Assembly (NCBI GenBank): GCA_964360335.1 | Contig: CAYHVH010000001.1 | Coordinates: 23,426 to 87,425, forward strand | Direction: 5' to 3' | Length of the DNA stretch: 64,000 bases | DNA from: an uncultured Candidatus Saccharibacteria bacterium | GTDB taxonomy: Bacteria > Patescibacteriota > Doudnabacteria > UBA920 > 2-01-FULL-46-14 | In this document: one piece after another, positions 46,213 through 52,927 of the stretch | Layout: every line of letters starts with the position of its first letter | How positions within the stretch are numbered: position 1 is the stretch's first letter | Program-made: the position numbers and the translations under genes | Notes under the pieces: generated by a model | Database searches by the model: none | What the model was told of the DNA's origin: nothing | Seen by the model: only the letters and a program-made list of their open reading frames with translations

Positions 46213-48270
46213 ATGGCTGACCTTGTGAAACTCAAAGAACTCGCCAGGCTCGTTCGTTACTATATTCTGGTCTCGACCACGGCCGCGGGGTCCGGGCACC
46301 CAACATCTTCGCTGTCTGGCGTGGAACTGATGACGGCATTGATGTTTGGCGGCTATTTTCGCTTTGACTTGAATCGTCTGGGATACGCAAACAATGACCG
46401 GCTGATTTTCTCCAAAGGCCATGCCTCGCCCCTCTTCTATGCGCTGTGGGCAGCGGCTGGCGCGCTGACGGAAAAAGAGCTTTTGACTTTGCGCAAATTT
46501 GGCAGCCCTTTGGAGGGGCATCCTACCCCGGCATTTCCCTATACCGAAGCGGCGACAGGCTCTTTGGGACAAGGGTTGTCAATTGGCGTGGGCATGGCCC
46601 TTAATGCCAAGCTTGACCGGCTTCCCTATCGCACTTATGTGCTTTTGGGGGACAGTGAAATGGCCGAGGGCTCGCAATGGGAGGCGATTCAGCTCGCCGC
46701 GTACTATAAACTTGATAATTTGGTCGGCGTTCTCGATGTCAATCGTTTGGGTCAACGAGGGCAGACGATTTACGGGCATGATATTAAAGCTTATCAGAAA
46801 CGCATCGCGGCGTTCGGGTGGAAGACTATAGTCGTGAATGGGCATAATTTGAATGAGATTTTGAAAGCGTACAAACAGGCGACCCCCTCTTCATCTCCCC
46901 CTATCCCGTTTGACGGGACAGGGGGAGAAAAGAGAGGGGGTGGAAGGCCGGTGATGATCATTGCCAAAACCATTAAAGGTAAAGGAGTTTCATTTATCGA
47001 AAACAAAGAAGGCTGGCATGGGAAGGCGCTTTCCCCGGAGGATTTGAGGAAGGCACTACGAGAATTGGGGAAAGTCGACAAGAAGATGCGAGGAGAGATG
47101 GCAAAGCCGGAGAGAATTAGTAGACCGGAGACAGTAGATAGTAGATCGGAAAGCAAAGAAAAAATTAATTACAAAATCGGAGAAGAGGCGGCAACAAGGA
47201 AGGCTTACGGTAACGCCCTAGTCAGGATTTATCCGAAGTTTCCGAATATCGTAGTCCTCGACGCCGAGGTTTCCAATTCAACTTACGCGGAGATATTCAA
47301 GGAAAAATATCCGGACCGGTTTTTGGAGATGTTTGTGGCGGAGCAGAATATGGTGGGTGCGGCTCTTGGTCTTTCGCGGCGCGGCAAGATCCCGTTTGTT
47401 TCGACCTTTGCCGCGTTCCTGACGCGCGCTTTTGACCAAATCCGAATGAGCCAGTATTCGGCCGCCAACATCAAGTTTGTGGGCTCGCACGCCGGGGTGT
47501 CCATCGGCGAGGACGGGCCGTCGCAGATGGGCCTCGAGGATTTGGCAATGTTTCGCAGTATTTTAGGAAGCGTGGTTTTGTATCCTTCGGATGCGGTTTC
47601 AACCGATAAGCTTGTGGAAGCGGCAGCTAAGCACAAAGGCATTGTCTATATCAGAACAACGCGAATGGAAACCCCGGTGCTTTATTCCCCGGGGCAGGAG
47701 TTCAAAATCGGCGGGAGTAAAGTTTTGCGCCATAGCCGGAAAGACGTGGCGACAGTGCTGGCGGCCGGGATAACATTGCATGAAGCGTTGGCCGCTTATG
47801 AAGAACTCAAGAAGCAAGGGGTTTTGATTCGGGTGATTGACTTGTACAGCATCAAACCGATTGATAAAAAGACATTGACGCAGGCTGCCAAAGAAACGGG
47901 AGCGATAATCACGGTCGAGGACCATTATCCCGAGGGCGGGATTGGGGAAGCGATTAGAAGCGCTCTTTCTGACCTCCCTCCCCAAAGCATGGGGAGGGAT
48001 AAAGGGAGAGGTTTTCCGCCAGCCCGCCCCGCTTCGCTTGGCGAGGCCGGGGAGGCGGATCCGCCTTGGGCAGAGAAACTCCCTGGTAAAACCGACCTCT
48101 CTCCTTCTCTCCCCATCACCTGGGGAGAGGGTAGGATTATCTCTTTAGCGGTGCGCAAAATGCCGCGAAGCGGCAAACCGCAGGAGCTTTTGGATTATGA
48201 AGAGATATCGCGCGATGCTATTATTAAGGAAGTAAAGAGAATTGTTTCTAAATCGTCACCTCGAATTTAA
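46213..48270 (+). CDS. tkt: Transketolase (full length) carrying 2-3 in-frame repeat insertions
   Basis: ThDP-binding motifs (GHPTPAF..., LLGDSEMAEGSQWEA), pyrimidine-binding and C-terminal domains. 685 aa. Confidence 0.9.
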   Translation: MADLVKLKELARLVRYYILVSTTAAGSGHPTSSLSGVELMTALMFGGYFRFDLNRLGYANNDRLIFSKGHASPLFYALWAAAGALTEKELLTLRKFGSPLEGHPTPAFPYTEAATGSLGQGLSIGVGMALNAKLDRLPYRTYVLLGDSEMAEGSQWEAIQLAAYYKLDNLVGVLDVNRLGQRGQTIYGHDIKAYQKRIAAFGWKTIVVNGHNLNEILKAYKQATPSSSPPIPFDGTGGEKRGGGRPVMIIAKTIKGKGVSFIENKEGWHGKALSPEDLRKALRELGKVDKKMRGEMAKPERISRPETVDSRSESKEKINYKIGEEAATRKAYGNALVRIYPKFPNIVVLDAEVSNSTYAEIFKEKYPDRFLEMFVAEQNMVGAALGLSRRGKIPFVSTFAAFLTRAFDQIRMSQYSAANIKFVGSHAGVSIGEDGPSQMGLEDLAMFRSILGSVVLYPSDAVSTDKLVEAAAKHKGIVYIRTTRMETPVLYSPGQEFKIGGSKVLRHSRKDVATVLAAGITLHEALAAYEELKKQGVLIRVIDLYSIKPIDKKTLTQAAKETGAIITVEDHYPEGGIGEAIRSALSDLPPQSMGRDKGRGFPPARPASLGEAGEADPPWAEKLPGKTDLSPSLPITWGEGRIISLAVRKMPRSGKPQELLDYEEISRDAIIKEVKRIVSKSSPRI
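46880..46945. repeat. Family-A-type nested palindrome in frame in tkt
   Basis: CGACCCCCTCTTCATCTCCCCCTATCCCGTTTGACGGGACAGGGGGAGAAAAGAGAGGGGGTGG. Encodes TPSSSPPIPFDGTGGEKRGGG. Confidence 0.65.
47970..48140. repeat. Composite family-A insertion (three palindromic units, ~171 bp) in frame in the tkt C-terminal domain
   Basis: TGACCTCCCTCCCCAAAGCATGGGGAGGGATAAAGGGAGAGG ... GGCGGATCCGCC ... CCGACCTCTCTCCTTCTCTCCCCATCACCTGGGGAGAGGG. Encodes a 57-aa loop. Confidence 0.7.
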
Positions 48271-48298
48271 TTCGGGAACCAGGATTAAAACTTCTGGA

Positions 48299-48324
48299 TT
48301 CCCCGATTAAATCGGGGAATGACA
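48299..48324. repeat. Family-B repeat, copy 2 (partial: TTCCCCGATTAAATCGGGGAATGACA) upstream of glpX
   Basis: Shares the ...CGGGGAATGACA terminus with copies at 47-132 and 49281-49325. Confidence 0.5.
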
Positions 48325-48328
48325 AAGA

Positions 48329-49279
48329 ATGCAAATGGATCGAAATTTGGCTTTAGAATTTGTGCGCGTCACCGAAGCGGCGGCAATTGCCGCCTCCTCC
48401 TGGATTGGCCGCGGCGACAAAAACGCCGCTGATCAGGCCGCGGTTGACGAGATGCGCGCGCGGTTCAACCAGATTGATTTTGCCGGTACGATCGTTATCG
48501 GCGAGGGAGCCAAGGACGAAGCTCCGGAGCTTTACACCGGCGAGAAAGTCGGCACCGGCAAAGGCCCGGAAATGGATCTGGCCGTTGATCCTCTGGAAGC
48601 CACGGACAGTGTGGCCCACGGCCGCTACAACGCGATTTCCGTGATTGTCGCCGGGCCCAAAGGGTCACTCCTTTCTGCGCCGGATACTTATATGAATAAA
48701 CTGGCCGTAGGCAAAGCCGCTGCTAAAGTCGTGGATTTGGATTTTCCCGTAAAACAGAATATTGAGCGCGTGGCCAAGTCCTTGGGCAAAGACATTGGGG
48801 AAATTACGGTCGTGGTTTTGGACCGCGAGCGGCATGAGGGGTTGATCAAGGAAATTCGCGCTGCCGGCGCGCGGGTGCGCACCATCACTGACGGCGACGT
48901 GGCGGGCGCTATCGCTCCGTGCCTGCCCGAGTCGGGGATCGATATGCTTTTGGGAATTGGCGCCTCGACAGAAGCAGTGCTCGCCGCCGCGGCCATGAAA
49001 ATCCTGGGCGGCGAGCTTTTCTGCCGGTTTGCGCCTAAGAATGAGAAAGATCAGAAAGCAATTTTGGAGGCCGGGATCAAAGATCTAAATAAAGTCTACT
49101 CTGCTGAGGACTTGGCAAAGGGCAAGCAGTTAACCTTTACTGCCACGGGCGTGATTGACGGGCCGCTTTTAGAGGGAGTGCGGTTTGCGAAGCACCGCAT
49201 CATCACCCATTCGGTCGTGATGCGCGGGTCGTCTGGTACAATACGGTACATCACCACTCATCATCATACTACTAAGTAA
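48329..49279 (+). CDS. glpX: Fructose-1,6-bisphosphatase class II (GlpX)
   Basis: 316 aa. GlpX N-terminal signature (RVTEAAAIA..GRGDKNAAD.AAV). Confidence 0.85.
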   Translation: MQMDRNLALEFVRVTEAAAIAASSWIGRGDKNAADQAAVDEMRARFNQIDFAGTIVIGEGAKDEAPELYTGEKVGTGKGPEMDLAVDPLEATDSVAHGRYNAISVIVAGPKGSLLSAPDTYMNKLAVGKAAAKVVDLDFPVKQNIERVAKSLGKDIGEITVVVLDRERHEGLIKEIRAAGARVRTITDGDVAGAIAPCLPESGIDMLLGIGASTEAVLAAAAMKILGGELFCRFAPKNEKDQKAILEAGIKDLNKVYSAEDLAKGKQLTFTATGVIDGPLLEGVRFAKHRIITHSVVMRGSSGTIRYITTHHHTTK

Positions 49280-49280
49280 T

Positions 49281-49325
49281 TGTCATTCCGGCCAAAGTTT
49301 ACCCCGCACTTGATGCGGAATGACA
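49281..49325. repeat. Family-B repeat, copy 3 (TGTCATTCCGGCCAAAGTTTACCCCGCACTTGATGCGGAATGACA)
   Basis: Near-identical to the 5' half of copy 1, plus the terminal inverted repeat. Confidence 0.6.
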
Positions 49326-49369
49326 GGCAGGTACAAGTAAGTATTAATTACGTAATTAAATAAGTATTT

Positions 49370-50284
49370 ATGAAAAACTTAGGCTATAGTAAACCGCTTT
49401 TCATCCTTGCTTTTGATCACCGCTCGTCCTTTTTTAAGATGTTCGGCTACAAAGAGCCGCTGACCGCGGAGCAGGCTAGAGAAATTAGCGAGGCTAAGTG
49501 GCTGGTCTATGAGGGGTTTAAACAGGCCGTGGCCAAAGACTTTCCGCCGAAAGAAAACGCGGGAGTGTTGGTGGATGAACAGTTTGGGAAAAAGGTACAC
49601 CGTGAGGCTCAACCCGCCGGTTATTTGACGCTTTTGACTCAAGAGAAAAGCGGGCAAGATGAGTTTGACTTTGAGTATGGCGAACAGTTTGCCGAGCATA
49701 TTGAAAATCTTAAACCCAGATTTGCCAAGGTCCTGATTCGCTACAACCCGGAAAGTGATAAAGAGATGAATTTAAGGCAGCGAGAAAGGCTTAAGATTTT
49801 GAGTGGCTGGTGCCATGAGAAAGGTTACAAGTTTTTGATAGAGCCACTCATTCCGGCGACAGAGCAACAGCTTGCCGGGGTCGGAGGGGACCAGGCGCGT
49901 TATGATAACGAACTAAGGCCCGGGCTAATGGTCAAAATGATAGCCGAGCTGCAGGCAGGTGGAGTGGAGCCGGATATCTGGAAGATTGAAGGCCTTGAGG
50001 ATCCGAAACATTACGAAGAGGTGGTGCGCCAAGCCCGGACCGGCGGCCGGGGAGGAGTCTCGGCCGTGGTTTTGGGTCGCGGCGCGGATGCCGCGCAGGT
50101 GGAGAAATGGCTCAAGGCCGGAGCGAAAGTGAAAGGGATTATCGGGTTTGCCATCGGCCGGACGATTTTCTGGGAACCACTCTTGTCGTGGAAAGAGGGG
50201 AAGACGAGTCGAGAGGAAACCGTCAGGAAGATCGCGGAGAATTATAAACATTTTTACAAGGTGTTTGTTAGTAGCACAAAATAG
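49370..50284 (+). CDS. Class I aldolase of the DeoC/LacD superfamily (DUF2090-type; putative fructose-bisphosphate aldolase)
   Basis: 304 aa. FILAFDHRSSF N-terminal motif typical of LacD/DUF2090 TIM-barrel aldolases. Sits between glpX and tal. Confidence 0.6.
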   Translation: MKNLGYSKPLFILAFDHRSSFFKMFGYKEPLTAEQAREISEAKWLVYEGFKQAVAKDFPPKENAGVLVDEQFGKKVHREAQPAGYLTLLTQEKSGQDEFDFEYGEQFAEHIENLKPRFAKVLIRYNPESDKEMNLRQRERLKILSGWCHEKGYKFLIEPLIPATEQQLAGVGGDQARYDNELRPGLMVKMIAELQAGGVEPDIWKIEGLEDPKHYEEVVRQARTGGRGGVSAVVLGRGADAAQVEKWLKAGAKVKGIIGFAIGRTIFWEPLLSWKEGKTSREETVRKIAENYKHFYKVFVSSTK

Positions 50285-50297
50285 TCTGAACCAGAAG

Positions 50298-50921
50298 TTG
50301 ATAGAGAATATTCACAAGTGTTTGCGTACGGTGGTTTCCCAATTTTATTACCGTCCATTTTTGTTTTTTAACGAAATCGGTTTTCATACTTACTGCTACG
50401 CAGTTTTCTATCGCAACCCCGTTTTCGCTAAACTTTTTACAACCCGTGACGGCAAAAACACCAACCTTATCCACCCTGAGTACGGTTCAATAAAAACTAA
50501 AATCGGCGGGAAGGGCAGGGCTTGGTATGATTTAGTTATCCTTAATCCCCGGTTCGTACAAGACAACGATCTTGAAAGAGTCGCCAACAATTATGGAACA
50601 GCGACGAGTTATAAACCGGATGACCTAATGGCGGTTCTAGAATTTAAGTACCTTAGATCTTCTTCTAAAGAATACGTTAGGCAACTGCAAAAAGATTATC
50701 ATTCCTTATCTAACGCTGTTGAAGCACTGAACAAATATATGATTGTTTTTGCCGATGTTAAAAGTCCTTTTGATTATTTTTCGGGTATGCAGTGGGACGA
50801 CCACACAAAACTCGTTTATACGGTTGTTGATTTTAGTCAAATTGGACGAAAGCAGATCAAAGTGCTTATTAAGCCTGATAATTTCTTAAAATTACCGGGA
50901 CAGTGGCTGGCGACGGTCTAA
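50298..50921 (+). CDS. Hypothetical protein in an AT-rich segment; start uncertain (TTG/GTG candidates, or internal ATG near 50628); possible PD-ExK-like motif
   Basis: Marked drop in GC. ...KPDDLMAVLEFKYL... is a PD-(D/E)xK-like pattern. Otherwise no recognisable family. Confidence 0.3.
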   Translation: MIENIHKCLRTVVSQFYYRPFLFFNEIGFHTYCYAVFYRNPVFAKLFTTRDGKNTNLIHPEYGSIKTKIGGKGRAWYDLVILNPRFVQDNDLERVANNYGTATSYKPDDLMAVLEFKYLRSSSKEYVRQLQKDYHSLSNAVEALNKYMIVFADVKSPFDYFSGMQWDDHTKLVYTVVDFSQIGRKQIKVLIKPDNFLKLPGQWLATV

Positions 50922-50930
50922 AAATGCCAT

Positions 50931-51827
50931 ATGAGGCCCTCAAATTTAAAAACCCGCATCTTTCTTGACTCTGGGGATCCGAACGAAACGCGTGAAGTCA
51001 TAAAGTTTCTCGGGTTTTTGGACGGTCAGACGACTAATCCCAGCTTAATTGCCAAGAACCCGGAAACGACCGGCAAGAAATTTTCCCAAAAAGAGATTTT
51101 GGAATTTTATAAAAAAGTCGTGGTTGAGGTTTCCGCTCTGATCCCCGCCGGTTCCGTATCAGTTGAGGTTTACGCTGACCCTTCGACAAGCTCAGGGGAT
51201 ATGTTAGAACAAGGTCGAGATTTTTTTTCTTGGATTCCAAACGCACACATCAAATTTCCGACAACCAAAGAGGGCCTGAAGGCCGCTGAAATTGCCGTTA
51301 AAGAAGGCATGCGCGTCAATTTGACTTTGTGCTTTTCCCAGGAGCAGGCGGCGGCCGTGTACGCGGCAACGAGGGGAGCAAAAAAAGGGCAGGTCTTTGT
51401 TTCGCCGTTTGTCGGGCGGCTGGATGATCGGGGGGAGAACGGGATGCAGCTCGTTGAGAATATTATCAAAATGTATCGGGCGGGAGACGGGCATGTGGAG
51501 GTGCTGACCGCGAGCGTACGGAATCTCAATCATTTGCAGTACGCAATTCAGCTCGGTTCCGACATCCTGACCGCGCTGTTGAAGGTTTTGAAGGAGTGGG
51601 CCGACTCCAATTTCCCTCCCCAGGCGTGGAGAGCCCCCTTCTCTATCCCTCCCCAGGCGAGGGGAGGGATTAAGGGAGAGGTCGAAACGGCAAAGGAGTT
51701 GAAGCCAATACCCTACCGCGAGGTTTCTCTTGACAATCCCTGGCAGGACTACGACATTCGTCATGAGCTGACCGACGTCGGCATTGAAAAGTTTGCCGCG
51801 GATTGGAACGCGCTTATCAAGCCATAA
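50931..51827 (+). CDS. tal: Transaldolase / fructose-6-phosphate aldolase family (TalC/MipB-type) with an in-frame repeat insertion
   Basis: DSGDPNE..., FPTTKEGLKAAE..., NLTLCFS motifs. 298 aa. Confidence 0.85.
   Translation: MRPSNLKTRIFLDSGDPNETREVIKFLGFLDGQTTNPSLIAKNPETTGKKFSQKEILEFYKKVVVEVSALIPAGSVSVEVYADPSTSSGDMLEQGRDFFSWIPNAHIKFPTTKEGLKAAEIAVKEGMRVNLTLCFSQEQAAAVYAATRGAKKGQVFVSPFVGRLDDRGENGMQLVENIIKMYRAGDGHVEVLTASVRNLNHLQYAIQLGSDILTALLKVLKEWADSNFPPQAWRAPFSIPPQARGGIKGEVETAKELKPIPYREVSLDNPWQDYDIRHELTDVGIEKFAADWNALIKP
51611..51685. repeat. Family-A element in frame in tal
   Basis: ...CCCTCCCCAGGCGTGGAGAG...CCCTCCCCAGGCGAGGGGAGGGATTAAGGGAGAGGTCGAA. Encodes FPPQAWRAPFSIPPQARGGIKGEVE. Confidence 0.7.
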
Positions 51828-51857
51828 AATAATATTCTTCGAACGGTATTTAACAAT

Positions 51858-52916
51858 ATGATGCGCGACGCGATTCTCAGTTTTCCGAAGCAGTTCCGGT
51901 TCGTCCCGAAGGTGGAAAACGGGCCGGTGAAAAAATACAAAAAATACATTGTCGCCGGCATGGGCGGTTCGCACCTCGCCGCGGATATTTTGAAGACTTT
52001 AAAACCGGAATTGGATATCATCGTACATAGTGATTACGGATTGCCGGCTTTTCTCGACCCCTCCCGGCCTTCGGCCACCCTCCCCTCGTCAGGAGAGGGG
52101 GGAAGTAAGGAAAAACGTCTGGAGAGGCGAATTTCGCAAACTTTGCTCATCGCGAGTTCCTATTCGGGTAATACTGAAGAGACACTGGATGCATTTGAAC
52201 AAGCAAGAAGTAAAGGAATCGCAGTGGCGGCGATTGCGGTTGGCGGCAAGCTTCTGGAACTGGCCAAGCAGTATCAAACTCCTTATGTTCAGATGCCGGA
52301 TACGGGGATTCAGCCCCGTTCGGCCCTGGGCTTCAATTTGCGAGCGCTTCTGAAAATCATGAAGCAAGGCGAGCTCCTCAGGCAGAGCCGGGAGCTGGCT
52401 AAAAGTTTGCAGCCTAAGAATATCGAGGAAAAAGGCCGAGCGCTCGCGCAAAAGCTAAAGAGTCGGATGCCGGTAATTTACGCGTCGCAAAAAAACTATT
52501 CGCTCGCCTATAACTGGAAAATCAAATTTAACGAGACGGGCAAAATCCCGACCTTTTACAATATTTTTCCGGAACTGAATCACAACGAGATGTCCGGATT
52601 TTCCGCCGCAGGCGGACCCGCCTCTGGCGGGGACGCACCCGATCCTAAAAGTTTGTCAGAAAAATTTTATTTTCTCTTTTTGCATGACAGCAGCGATCAC
52701 CCGCAAATCCAAAAGCGAATGGACGCAACCGCGAAACTTTATCGGGAGCGCGGTTTGCCAGTGGAAATTTTACCGATTCAGGGGGAGAACGCCATGCACA
52801 AAATCTTCTCCTCACTGGTCCTTGCCGACTGGGCGGCACTTTACACGGCCGAGGGATATGGGTTTGAGGCCGAACGGGTGCCGATGGTGGAGGAGTTCAA
52901 GAAACTGATTAAGTGA
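51858..52916 (+). CDS. Bifunctional phosphoglucose/phosphomannose isomerase (archaeal-type SIS-domain PGI/PMI) with an in-frame repeat insertion
   Basis: Two SIS domains (VAGMGGSHLAADIL...; ...LIASSYSGNTEETL). 352 aa. Confidence 0.7.
   Translation: MMRDAILSFPKQFRFVPKVENGPVKKYKKYIVAGMGGSHLAADILKTLKPELDIIVHSDYGLPAFLDPSRPSATLPSSGEGGSKEKRLERRISQTLLIASSYSGNTEETLDAFEQARSKGIAVAAIAVGGKLLELAKQYQTPYVQMPDTGIQPRSALGFNLRALLKIMKQGELLRQSRELAKSLQPKNIEEKGRALAQKLKSRMPVIYASQKNYSLAYNWKIKFNETGKIPTFYNIFPELNHNEMSGFSAAGGPASGGDAPDPKSLSEKFYFLFLHDSSDHPQIQKRMDATAKLYRERGLPVEILPIQGENAMHKIFSSLVLADWAALYTAEGYGFEAERVPMVEEFKKLIK
52054..52110. repeat. Family-A-like palindrome in frame in the PGI/PMI gene
   Basis: CTCGACCCCTCCCGGCCTTCGGCCACCCTCCCCTCGTCAGGAGAGGGGGGAAG. 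Encodes DPSRPSATLPSSGEGGSKE. Confidence 0.6.
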
Positions 52917-52927
52917 CGGAAGTGCAT

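Noticed and set aside
51204-51974. 256-aa minus-strand ORF across tal and pgi
   Set aside because: It is antisense to two confidently identified genes and crosses the family-A repeat, which is open in many frames.
1213-52110. Possibility that the family-A repeats are a CRISPR array, inteins or introns
   Set aside because: This is not CRISPR: the copies are palindromic, irregularly spaced, lie inside unrelated genes, and have no repeat-spacer periodicity. They are not inteins: the inserts are 15-57 aa with no Hint or endonuclease motifs and no Cys/Ser-Asn junctions. They are not group I/II introns: they are far too short and stay in frame.
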